A stretch of 64,000 bases of DNA, taken from the human T2T-CHM13v2.0 reference genome, Homo sapiens. Shown in pieces: positions 13,708-26,181 of this stretch. Location of the stretch: NCBI RefSeq assembly GCF_009914755.1, contig NC_060926.1. One strand, given 5' to 3'. A program made the position numbers and the translations under genes. The notes beneath the pieces were generated by a model. It was not told where the DNA came from and made no database searches. It worked only from the letters and a program-made list of their open reading frames with translations. The first letter of the stretch is position 1. The number at the start of each line of letters is the position of its first letter.

Positions 13708-15444
13708 CTGTTACAGAAGTAACTGATGGGGTTTAAATTGGTATGTCTTTTCTTTCTGGAGACAAATTAGTCAAATATCAAAAGTTTTACTTGATGCTTT
13801 TTCATATTCTATTTTTAGTTTTTTGTCTCATGGCAAAAATAAGATCAGTCATACATTTAAGATATATGTGTATAAATATATATATCACATATATAATTAG
13901 TGTATTTGTACACATACATATATACATAATCAAATGTCATTTCTAATAACTGAAATTTAGAAGTGGTAACATAAATTTTGGTATCATTGTGCAATGAGAC
14001 TCTATATGGCCAAATTTATATTTATAAAAATAGATTTTTATTGGCATGGAAACATATTCAACACGTATCAAAAGAAATACACTTATATGAATTGTAATGA
14101 TTCTAATTTGTGAAATAACATATGTACATATTTGTGTACAATTTATAGATCTGTAGCTTTATGGGGGCAAGTCTAAAATATATGCTTCTAATTTTTAGCA
14201 ATATTATTATTTGGAGCTATAATTTCTGATAATTAAATATTTTAAAATATGTATTTCCTGTATTGCTTATTTTTCTATAGTGAATATATACAGCAACACT
14301 TAAAATGAAGTGGGAAAATAAAAATCAGTATTGGCACATTTTCTTTAATAATTAAAAACATAAAAATCTGTTCTTAATATACTGATTTGAAGTTTCTAGT
14401 TAATTAAACTTTTATGAATATTCACTATATCATTACAACAAAGTACTTACCAACCACATAAAAATGAAGTGCATAACATATTACTTCAAAAATCAGTTAA
14501 TTAAATATTCAAATCCATGCCTGAACTTGAAATATGACTGATTAAAAGCAATCAATTTTTAAAGCCATTTGAAAAGCACTACTCGTTGTTTCTTTGTAAA
14601 AACTGACCTGGATTACTAAGCTACACACTTTTAATTATAGCAACAAACATATTTCTGCTACATATTATTTTGTATAATCATTTATTAATTTCCTCCACTA
14701 TCTTTCAAATGTCATTTAAACTGCTATATAAACAGCAAAGTCTAAATCATTTTAATTGCTAAATTTCCTTCTCAGGAATACTTAAAAATAAAAAGGCAAT
14801 TCAGGCAATTAATCTGTCAGTAAGAAGACAACATAGATAAAAGCCTGATTAGCTAGAAGCCACCTTATCAGATACTTGTTAACTGTAATTTTGGAAACAC
14901 AGTAACTTTAGGAAGAAAAAATCGGCAAAATTTAGATTTAGAAGCAAAGCAAACACACAATATCCCCACCAAAAAGCTTTGGAAACCATCTGCTCCTTTT
15001 CCCTTAAAAACAAAGGTTATCATTTAAATCCTGTCTTACTTCTTTTTCCCAAGACTCAGAAAAAGACTTAACCTTAAACTCTCTTTGCACAACTACTAGT
15101 CAAGGTTAATGCCTTCACTTCTTGGCTTTCATCCTTTGTCATCCCATGACTGAGCTGCTGAACTCTACTGGGTATAATATAGCGTCATTTATTTTATTCT
15201 TTCTCCTTTGCCACTTAAGTGATTTAATCATATAAATATACCCTTATTTCCTTCATCTTAAAAAAAATTCACTTTGCAACTAAACTTCACAAAGCATTCA
15301 ACTATGTATCTTCCCCACTTTATTACCTTGTATTATTACTATGCTTCTCCCTGAATTTGTCTTTTCTCAACTATTCTAAAATCTTTCTCAGGTGTTAACT
15401 GACTTCTCAACAGCCACATTCAACGTAAAAAGCTTACATTCAAG

Positions 15445-15600
15445 AAACCCTGGCTGCTCCAGTGATGTTTGTATAAGCTCGGGCAAGCTGTTCAGCCTCC
15501 CTCAGTCTTAGTTTTATCATCTTTAAGGATTATTATAGCTCGCATAGCTATTTTATTAACAAGTTTTGAAAAATTAAGGAAAGCTAATGTGAAGTAGCTA
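15445..15600 (+). mobile_element. MIR fragment
   Basis: ctcgggcaagctgttcagcctccctcagtcttagttttatcatct matches the MIR core. Confidence 0.6.
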
Positions 15601-15724
15601 CTCAACAATTTAACATTTTTAGAGCATGTATGAAAAATAGTAAATATTTTTTTAAACGTACTAAATTTATTAACATCATTAGATGACTTTATGACCTACT
15701 AAATATTTAACTTTTCAAAACTTA

Positions 15725-15995
15725 CCTACAAAGAGATATAGATGGCTAATAAGGACGCGAAAATATACTCAACAGCATTTGCCATCAGGGAAATGAAAAT
15801 CAAAACTATAATGAGATATCCTTTGACACCCATTAGGATGGCTATAATAAAACAGTCAGAAAATGACAAATGTTAGTGAGGATGTAGAGAAATTAGAATC
15901 CTTATATATTATTGGTGAGAATACAAAATGTTGCATCCACCTTGGAAAACAGCCTAGTGGTTCCACAAAAAGTTAAAAATGGAATTACTACATGA
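15725..15995 (+). mobile_element. L1M ORF2 3' fragment
   Basis: catcagggaaatgaaaatcaaaactataatgagatat...ttggaaaacagcctagtggttcc. Confidence 0.75.
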
Positions 15996-16019
15996 TATAA
16001 TTATTAAGTTACCTCAATA

Positions 16020-16415
16020 CTAGTTAAGGGAGAAATTTTCTGATCTTAATCTCTAATCATTCAACTCTCTTTTCTTCCTAGTCTCCTTAAACCTTGAAGT
16101 GTCCATAAACAATAAGGTATTAAATGGGTGAAATTCTCATTTTCTTCCCCTCCTTTTACCTATAGAAAGCCCCAGCTGGGGGGCAGAAAGAGTCATGTAA
16201 AAATTTATATCGAATTCATAGTCTGGATTATAACATAGAACTGAGTATTTTAATTTCTAAATTGATACTGTTTTAGTAAAATTAAATGATCATGAAAATT
16301 GTATTACCTGAAAATCGTCAAAAATATCTCCCAGGAGTAAGGGAAGAATTTTTTCCAATGGATATATTTTAAAGTCACAGTGGGACACAAAAATAAAATT
16401 TTCTTTAAATTGTAA
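16020..16415 (+). mobile_element. Possible ancient LTR (LTR78-like) fragment
   Basis: gaactgagtattttaatt and cagtgggacacaaaaataaa resemble my recollection of the LTR78 3' part; weak. Confidence 0.35.
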
Positions 16416-16475
16416 AAACACAAAACATTCTGTATGAAGGATGTTTGCAGAAAAATCATAGCTCATTAAAAATTA

Positions 16476-16806
<331 letters not shown>

Positions 16807-17884
16807 TATATAAAACACACAAAATAAGATAATTTCATTTTTTAAAATAAAATTTAATGTGCACTATGCTTATATTTAATTTGTTTATGATACTGAGTGC
16901 TGTCTTTAAATGCCTGTGTCTTTGGAGATCTTAAAGAAACCTTGTGACTGTAAGCCTAAGCTTGCCTGAGAACATTCAGAAGACTTTTGGAAAACAAAGT
17001 TCAAACATTTAGGAAGTACAAGTTATGAGCTCTGGCAACTAATAGTCTTTAGTTGGTGCCTTAATGAAGACTAGACTTTTACATTGTTCCTGATATAAAA
17101 TCCTGCACTGAATTATAGTTTCTGTAACTGCGTCTTTATTGTTTCTAACTTGAGTCCACTTAATGGTCTGGGTAATATTCCAATTTCATGAAGATTGCTC
17201 TCCCTCTTTTTTCTGTTTTTGCTTACTGTTTCCTACTTAAGTGTAAGTGTTGTTTAATACTCTCTCCTACACTGAATGATTTACATAATATTGAATATCA
17301 ACATACAAACTCTTTTTTATTAGAGACACATGGCAGGCCTTCAATCGGTAGTTAGTCAATGAATAAAGAATATATGTTGATATTAAAGTCAGTCAACATT
17401 GATTTATGTGATCTATTATTTTATACTGTTCTTGGAAACCAATGACATGTCTGCAATTATTACCTATCATGTGTTGTATATTTGAGTTATTAAGTTATGT
17501 CTGCCAGTATAGATTTTCCCCAAGAAAATAGCTGGAGATGGGTCAGCCACCTTGGTGTTTGCCCCCTACTACTAAGTAGATTAGGTTCCAGTTCCCCTCC
17601 ACCTATGCTGAAATGGGTCATGCCTTGTTGTGTCTCCAGTATGTCATATTCCATGGAACTACTCTCCTGAAGACATTTTAAAATTATATTTTCAGTCAAC
17701 ATAAGATAGCAGATGGATAATCTGCTTGAAGGCAATTGAGGTCATATATCGTTAGGCATCAGGGAAAGTCTATATGTAACCAAACATCTGTATTTGAAAA
17801 ATATAGTCAAAAGCTTTCCAAAAAAATTCTCAAACCCTAATTCTTGCCAATTTAACATCTGAAAAATATAGAAAAGTCCGTGGA

Positions 17885-18050
17885 TTTTTGAACTGAAAGA
17901 GCCACTAGAGATCATGTTTTCCAACTCAATAATTTCACAGATGGAAAATGGAGCCAAAGGAAGTTAAATGCTTTACCTAGATTCATATAACTAGTTACTG
18001 ACAAAAGTGGGACTGAAATGCAAGTTTTTGATGGTGTTTTATTACCATGC
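17885..18050 (-). mobile_element. MIR (MIR3/MIRc-like)
   Basis: atttcacagatggaaaatggagcc...aagttaaatgctttacctagattca. Confidence 0.6.
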
Positions 18051-18624
18051 TGCTACCCTCAGCCTACTGAATCTATTAAATCCTGTGTATATATTGTAGA
18101 CATTAAGTTTGTTCTCTAAATATAATACCAAAGTCCCCAATCATTTTTAATGAAGTTTCTGTAATCATATTGGAAAAATGAGAGTCAAAATTATCTTTCA
18201 TATATTCTCGGAGAATGCTTTCTCCTGAAGGAAATATTCAATATAAGATTAGGATAACAAGATCTCTTTAAAATGAATGTTTCCATTTGCAGAATTAAAT
18301 ATTTAGAGCTTCCCAGAAATGTGTTGGCATGAGTTCACATTTGAATATCTCCTTTCTAGTTTATAAGAAATAGCCTAAGAAATGAAGAAATATGGAAGCT
18401 GTATCATCTGGAAGCTAGGGTAAATCATTTTGAAAATGCCAGAAACTATGAAGAATGTTTGATATATATGGGGTAGATGAGGCTCTAGACAGATTGATAA
18501 ATTTTCTTCCTGTAACAGTATGGCTTAATGGAAAAGCAATGGAGATGATGAACCACTGGGGATTAGGTAAAATGGGGCAAGGACTGTCAAGTGGATTGGT
18601 AATTTGATTAAAGTTCCTTTGGTC

Positions 18625-19343
18625 CAGTGGTTTTTAACATGGATGTTCCAGTGTGAAGGCATTATTGATTGAAAGGTGCTATTCACAATTACTGGATTTG
18701 TGCCAGAAATGCTTGAAATCTGGCCATGCTCTCAACAGTTCTGCATAACAAGATCTGCTCCATATCTTGCATCCCTCATAATTTGAATGATATATTGATT
18801 ACTCATGTAGGTAAAAGTGAGTTTATTAATAACTGTGTTGAGAACCTTTATTTTTCACATAAATACAAAATATTTCTGTACATATTTAATACTCAATGAA
18901 TTTTACAGTAAGGTAATTACTATTTATGTAGATTTAAAACAAGACCATACTTTTTTTTTTTTTTTTTTTTTACAAGGCATAGAATGAGTCATTCCTCATT
19001 TTGGGAAACTGTTTTCTTGTATTTTTTGAATAGGTCATCTCACAAAATCATTTCTGTCTACAGTTGTACTCATGACATTTTCTATGATTTTCTACATTTA
19101 GGCACAAGCATTTTGCTCTTTCAGTATTTCCACTTGTATAGTCATCTCCAAGTTTTTGTGTATAAAATATTTTTATTATAATCTATTCTCCATTTTATTA
19201 TACATTTATATTATACTTAGGGCATTATATTTTTTAAATGTATGTAGCCATAATTCTGAATTTCATTTCAGGTTAGATAAGGGAATGAATAAAATATTCA
19301 ATTAAAAATGGGGCAATGGGTCTGACTGGGTTGCAAGCCACTG
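18625..19343. mobile_element. MER20B-like hAT DNA transposon
   Basis: TIRs cagtggtttttaac ... gttgcaagccactg; internal tcatgtaggtaaaa and ttgagaacc motifs; ~720 bp. Confidence 0.7.
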
Positions 19344-19729
19344 GTCTCACTGTTCTGAGGAATTTAAAGTCATCAGTCAACACTAGGACCCCACAAGCTC
19401 CTAGGACCCCACAGGAGGCTAAGAACAGAATGATTACTTGGTAGTGCCAGCAACATATAATGCTGTAGATTAAAGGTCACTGGCTCAAATCAACATAGAG
19501 GCCAAGAGCAAAATAGCAAGATGTGACTTGGGCAAGTAGAAAACAATCGAAATTCTGCATTATAACGTGGAGGAAGTTCCTTATCTCTAGTTGATTGCTG
19601 ATCTGAAGTGTAATAATATATTTTAGTGAGCACATGCCACCAAGATACCATTTCAAGGAACTAGTGCCTATCTCTGTAGATGTACTTTAGCAATTAGCTT
19701 CTTCAATAATTCCATCCACTTTAAAAAAA

Positions 19730-20003
19730 TATTTATTTTTCATTGTTTTGAGATGGGGTCTCACTCTGTCACCCAGGCTGGAGTGCAGTGGCACAGTTTT
19801 GGCTCACTGCAGCCTCCACCTTCCAAGTTAAGCAATTCTCCCACCTCAGCCTCCATCACGCTGGGCTAATTTTTTGCATTTTTAATAGAGATGGAATTTC
19901 ACCATGTTGGCCAGGTTGATCTTGAACTCCTGACCACAGGCGATCCGCCCTCCTACACCTCCCAAAGTGCTAGGATTACAGGTATGAGCCACTGCACCTG
20001 GCC
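19730..20003 (-). mobile_element. Alu (AluJ/S) with internal deletion
   Basis: Dimer lacking the agtagctgggactacagg segment; tccactttaaa on both flanks. Confidence 0.9.
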
Positions 20004-20029
20004 AGGATTGATTCCACTTTAAACAGCAG

Positions 20030-20295
20030 CCTCCTCCAGTGTAATCTGATCCAGCCACCATAGAACCAATGCTAGTTTGAGGCAGAATATAAACGTGGAC
20101 ACTGTGTTGGGCCATTTTAACTCTAGAGTGTCTCCTGGGGTCAGCTCAAGCTGTCATTGGTGTTGCCTCCCTCTGACCAACTTGCCTAGACTCCGCTGTT
20201 CCACAGGTATTGATCCTAAGGGCACTCCCTAATTAACATTCTGCCCATTTAGCTCAATCTCAGAGTCAGCTTCCCAGAGTTCTCTGAGAACCAAG
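20030..20295 (+). mobile_element. LTR16 (LTR16C-like) ERVL LTR, 3' part
   Basis: ccacaggtattgatcctaagggcactccctaattaac...tctcagagtcagcttccc. Confidence 0.65.
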
Positions 20296-21487
20296 TACGG
20301 AACATTCATTGTTAAAATCTCATAATGATTTTCAAGAGAAAATGGCAATGTGAATTCTTATGTAAACTCTTCTGATTTTTTAACTATTGCCAGCTAATTT
20401 AAATCTTTTTCCCATCAACACATTGTAGGCTCATTTAGATCACAGTTAGGGAGATTATAATTCAGGATTTTCTACAATTGTCTCAGAATAAGCATTAATA
20501 GAACCCCTTTCATTGTTGAATATGTCCAGTTTAGACAATTAATGAATTTTATGATCACCCTTCTCTTAGACCATCAGCTTGCTACTTCTGCTTGAGAAAA
20601 AAAGATTCCTGAGGCAGCACATTTCTGCCAGGCTCAATTAGGCCAAATTTGTTCAATCAAGAATGGGCCACTGATTGCCACAAGGCATCTAGGGTATATT
20701 TGTTCTTACACTGTGGTTGGCAGTCTGGTGACACTGGATGAAAAGTAAAAGCCATTTCGGTGTCAGAAATGGCAGCCAACCAAACCAAGTCTGGCACGAT
20801 GTTTTGACAAAACCGTTTTCTCAGAAAGAGAAAAACTCCTATTTCCCTGCTGGGTTTATTCGTGTTCTTGGCCTCTTCACAAGTCTACTTAGTCAACTGT
20901 AAATCCTTTAAGCTGGTAAAAAATCCTCCACTTTGATATGTTAGATAAAGTGTCTAATTTTCTTTAACTGTCTAGGAAACATAGAAAAATGACCGTATAG
21001 TAAATCTCAAAAAATGTAAATAAATGCAAAGAGCAAAAATGAAGGAAAAAATATCACTGACAATATAAATGTCAATATTACAGGCATTTTAATAAAACTA
21101 TAAACAAATACAAACACGTTACTTGGTTATTAGCTAATTAATTAGTTGATTAATATAATCTGGAAAAAATTAATAATTAATTCTCATATCAGAGAACAAG
21201 TAAAACTGCACTGACTTAATGCCTGGAAAATAATAGTGTTGAGAACATTCCCTATCAAAAGGTGTGGGATGCAGCCAAAGTAGAAATCAAAACCAAATCC
21301 ATAACATTGGGAGCATTTATTTAATTTTTTAAGAAATAAAAATAAATGAAAAATTTTAGAAAAAAGAAAAAGACAAAGAAAATAATAAGGCATTTATTTT
21401 AAAGTATATCATTTATTTGTAAGGCAAAGAGTTGCTTTTTTGAATAAATAAAAATGAAAATGATTAGTTAATACCCTGAATGGGAGC

Positions 21488-21688
21488 TATGTATGTATGT
21501 ACGGGCATGTATTGGTGTGTGTGTGTGTGTGTTTGTGTGTGTATATATGTGTGTGTGTGTATATATATATATGTGTGTGTATGTATATATATGTGTGTAT
21601 ATATGTGTATATATATGTGTATATATATGTGTATATATATGTGTATATATATATGTGTGTGTATATATATATATGTAGACATATATAC
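21488..21688. repeat. Compound (TG)n/(TA)n/(TATATATGTG)n microsatellite
   Basis: Direct observation; produces the low-complexity ORFs in the track. Confidence 0.95.
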
Positions 21689-22514
21689 AAGGGAAACTGA
21701 ACTTAATCTAACTTTACTGAAGCAGGTTGAAGGATGTGACTAACCCGATGTGCTAATTACACTGTGGGAGCTACGGAGGTGCTTATAAAGATTTATGATG
21801 AACAGAACATGAGACTAAACTTGATGTAAAATTGTGAAAAACAGGATATCAGAGTAAGCTTAATGTAACAACTTGACACAAATTTAACATCTGCTTTTTA
21901 TTTACTAAAACTAGGATGATGTATGAAAACTTGTATAGCTTTTTTTAATGTATATCTTTCCTATATACTAGAAATTCCCCACACTTTTTAAGCTACTTGC
22001 TGACTGCCTGCTTGCATTCAGCATATTTTTTGTGCAAATTAGCTAAATTCTATAAAATGCTACACTATATATAATATATAACTATACTATATATAAAATA
22101 CTATAAAATAAAATTCTATAAAATACTATAGTATGTATATTTAGGACAATTTTGGCTTTGTAAATAATTTGGCTCAATATATTTCTTAGAGTTACCCTTT
22201 TAAAATTTTTTATCAGTTAAGTAAATTTTAATAGTTTGTTCTAAATCAAAGTATCTATTTGAAAACCCTTTTATTAGAAAATTATATATATCTGCCTCAA
22301 TATTCAGTAATAACACTATCAAGGATAGTCTCCCTCTCTCTCTCACGGGAGAATTAAACCAAGACCAAAAGAAACATGTCAATTCATAAATATGGAATTA
22401 CCTAATTTGGAAATCACTATTAGCTGACTAGGTTAGTAAGTATCCAATAAATGTTTGCATTGCTAGGAAAAAAACAATATGATTCATATCTGTAAGTAAG
22501 GGCTAACACAGACT

Positions 22515-22685
22515 GAGTAACAAATGTGTGCCAGACACGAGGAAGACCATTAAACATATTGTCTCTCTTAATTCTCAAAACAAACAACTGTATTTCCTTG
22601 GGACTATAGCTCTTTTTACAGACAAGGAGACTAAGACTTAGAGAGGTAAATCCATTTATCCACAGTCACATAGTAAGTAATGTAT
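22515..22685 (-). mobile_element. MIR
   Basis: tgtgtgccagacac...tttttacagacaaggagactaagacttagagaggtaaat...gtcacatag. Confidence 0.75.
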
Positions 22686-22845
22686 TTGACTTAGTAATAA
22701 TGGGGTAAGTTTGAATGGAGTAGGAGACAGAAATTACATTTTTTTAACTATACAAATTTTTCAGCATTTCCAGTATAGCATTTTTAGTATATTTTAAATC
22801 AAGTTTATAAATTGCATGTGTGTGTCTGTGTGTGTGTGGGTGTGT

Positions 22846-25536
22846 ATCTGGATTTTGGAATGTTTACATACACATTATGGGATATCTTGGGGAAGGGACC
22901 CAACCAAGTCTAAATATAAAATTCATTTATTGCTCATATACAACTTAAACATATAGTCTGAAGGTAATTTTATATATACCTTAAAGAATTTTTTGGATGA
23001 AACAAACTTCATGTACATTGAACCATCATAAAATAAAGGTGTCATGGGATACTACTCAGCCATATAAAAGAACAAAGTAGAGTCTTTTGCAGCAAGTTGG
23101 ATGGAGCTGGAGGGCATTATCCTAAGTGAAGTAACTCAGGAAGAGAAAACCAAATACCATATATTCTCACTTATAAGTGGGAGCTAAGCTATGTGTATGC
23201 AAAGACATTCAGAGCGATATAATGATATAATGAAATGGAGACTCAGAAGGGGGCCAATGAATAAAAAAAAAACCTACATATTGAGTACAATGTACACTAC
23301 TCAGGTGGCAAGTGCACTAAAATCTCAGACTTCACCACTATACAATTCATCCATGTAGCCAAAACCACTTGTACCCCAAAAACTATTGGAATTAAGCAAT
23401 TTTTTTTAAAAGAAAGTTTGTCACAATTTTAGCCACCCATGGGGACAATCTGGTTGTTTGCCATCACCATCATTCTTGGCTCTTAATTTATATGCTACCA
23501 ATAGGCAATCTTTTTTTACACTTATTCATATAAAAGTACTTAACAGTAAAAAAAATACAATTAATACAGTGAAAACGTGTTCAGGGTAACTAAAGTAGTA
23601 GCATCACCAGAATACTTGTGTCTGCTGTTAAACAACTGCAAAAACAAACAAGAGCAGGCTTTCAGTCACCACCTACAACGTTGTGTATTGATTTAAAAGT
23701 TGCTGTATGCTGTATTTTTCTTTTAGGTGAGGAGAAACATCAGAAGCAGTGGGGAGACTAGGAAGTTGGTCCTCTAGGGATAAGGAGGAATTCTACTAGA
23801 CATTTTTTAAAGGTGTTTCCTCTGGTCTTCTGCCTCATTAAACATACGTTTTGTCTTAGAAGTCTCTCTTTGATTTTCTATACTGACATAATATCTTTTC
23901 TGTTATGAATGCACCCTGCTCTAGTTTTTAAATAAGCCCATCACACTTTTTCACCATGTCATATATAGGCACTTTTTCCTCAATGTCAACGACATGATCT
24001 CTATTCTTACTATTATCAAGATTGCCTTAATTCACAACCATTTTGGCTATTTTACCATCAGTCAATGAATGAACAACTGTAGCCTCAATATAAATGTATA
24101 AAACTTCTTTGATATCTACTTCTTCAAGCTTACTGATAAATTCTGAAGGTATATTTTTTTGCATATGTAGGAAAGTCAGCCATTTTTTTTTCTCACTTGA
24201 GGGCTGTTGTCACCCAGTGCAGCTTCCCTGCAGTGAGCATGAATCACCTGTAGAAGAGCTTTGTGAAATCAATCAGGAAGATGTTTCTGGTGATCCATGC
24301 CTTTTGTTATCATAATAATGGGCTGATAAGAAATTCTCTCATTTAAAACAGCAAAAATGCAAAATTTTGCCTATTTCAGCAACTTTACACTTAAGCTTGC
24401 CTACTGCACTAGCACATCCCAGCATAGTTACTCTATCCTTAGCATCCTTCATTCCTGTAGAAGCTGTCTCGTCAGCTGTGGTCAGTGTCTTTATGGAGCA
24501 ATAACATCAGAACAATGATGTTTTATGAGCATTAAAGACTCGTTCTGTTGTAAATTCTCATCTGCAATGATCTTTGTTAACTCCTCAATGAATTTATCTG
24601 CTACTTTGTGATCAGCAGATGCTTTATCAGCAGAAATCATTAAAAATTTAATGCCATGTCTTTTCTTAAATATTTGCAAGTGGTGTGTTGAATATTCATA
24701 GTTCCCTTCAATTTACAGTTCATCATGATGGATCTTTGCTTATTTTATGATTACTATTACTGACATGTAATAGTAATCACTGCAACACTTGCAGATCCAC
24801 TCTTCCAAAATATAATCGACATCTTTATTTTTAGCTTTATGCAATGTTTTCTTATTTTTCACTAACATTCGTTTATCACTTTCAGCATAGAACTCAACAA
24901 TTTATCCTGTTTCTTCAGGCCATATATAGCGGTAATTCCAACACCATACTCTTCTGTAAGACATTTCACACTTACACTGCTCTCTTTCTCCAACAGCTTG
25001 ATTTTCTATGCTATAGATAAACATAAATGCTTATTATTTTTGGTCCCACTGTTACTGATAGGGGTATCTGCAGGCTTTTTTGACATTTTCAACAATATCT
25101 TTATACCGTACAGCAGAGATTATGCAAACAATCTCGATGAGTAATTCACATAGATTTTGGTTCCATGTAGGGCATTGTGGGGATCCTGCCACTGGTGCAT
25201 TTAGCCCTGACCACATGCTTTTCTTTTCTTTTTCTTTTTCTTTTTTTTTTTTAAAAAAAGCAAAACAAAACAAAACAAAAAAACTTTAATGTGTATGCTT
25301 GCCTGGGGGAATCCCGGCATGCAATGGAAAAAGATATCACAGCTTAAGTGGACTGGGAGGGTCTTTTTCTCTTGGGGACTCTAAAAAACTGAGTTGTGTG
25401 GCTACATTTTGACTGTACCTGTCACACGAGGTCAGGTGTGGAATTTTCCACCTGTGCATCATTTTAGAACTCAAAAAGTTTTAGAATTTGGAGCATTTCA
25501 TACTTTAGATTTTTGGATTACAGATGCTCATCTGTA
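22846..25536 (-). mobile_element. Tigger4 (Zombi) pogo-family DNA transposon with decayed transposase
   Basis: Minus strand from ATG at 25086 reads MSKKPADTPISNSGTKNNKHLCLSIA*KIKLLEK; ORF 24491..24679 FKKRHGI...KASADH...IADENL; terminal ggattacagatgctcatctgTA; left arm ggattttggaatgtttacatac...ggggaagggaccc. Confidence 0.88.
23045..23410 (+). mobile_element. L1PB (L1PB2-like) 3' end inserted in Tigger4
   Basis: gatactactcagccat...gtacaatgtacactactcaggtg...cttcaccactatacaattcatccatgt; degenerate TSD aaaggtgtca / aaagtttgtca. Confidence 0.85.
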
Positions 25537-25882
25537 TACAAAATAAGTAGGAGCTACATGTACTGATATAAAAACGTTTTTATGATCTAGCATTAAATGG
25601 AAGATAATATGTAAATTATGATACTACTTTATGTAAAGAAAATGTTTTTTGAAAAAAGATTTACTAAAATGTAAAGACATTTATGAAATATTAAAACGCT
25701 TCTATATTATCTCATTTAATAATATTTTCATAAAACTGTATAACTAGATTATTTAGTAATAATCATGCTTATTAAGTGGTAAAATTTTATGTAGTTGATT
25801 TTATTTTCTGCTATTTTTAATTGTATTTTATAATTTTCTTTCACAAGTAGTAACACTGTTAATGCAATAGAAGTCTTTAATA

Positions 25883-26181
25883 GGCCGGACGTGGTGGCTC
25901 ACGCCTATAATCCCAGCACTTTGGGAGGCTGAGGAGGGCGGATCACGAGGTCAGGAGACTGAGATAATCCTGGCTAACACGGTGAAACCCTGTCTCTACT
26001 AAAAATACAAAAAATTAGCCAGGTGTGGTGGCACGCGCCGGTAGTCCCAGCTACTCAGGAGGCTGAGGCCAGAGGATTGCTTAAACCCAGAAGGTGGGGG
26101 TTGCAGTGAGCCTAGATCGTGTCACTGAACTCCAGCCTGGGCGGTAGAGCGAGATTCCATCTCAAAAAAAAAAAAAAAAAA
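25883..26181 (+). mobile_element. Alu (AluY/Sc-like)
   Basis: Full dimer with poly-A; no clear TSD. Confidence 0.95.

Noticed and set aside
19383-19413. ctaggaccccaca duplicated
   Set aside because: An ordinary short slippage duplication with no further structure.
21464-21743. Cluster of five overlapping ORFs
   Set aside because: Artefact of a stop-free microsatellite.
24491-24679. Possible domesticated JRK/TIGD-like gene
   Set aside because: The Tigger4 frame has stops, frameshifts, a mutated catalytic motif and an internal deletion.
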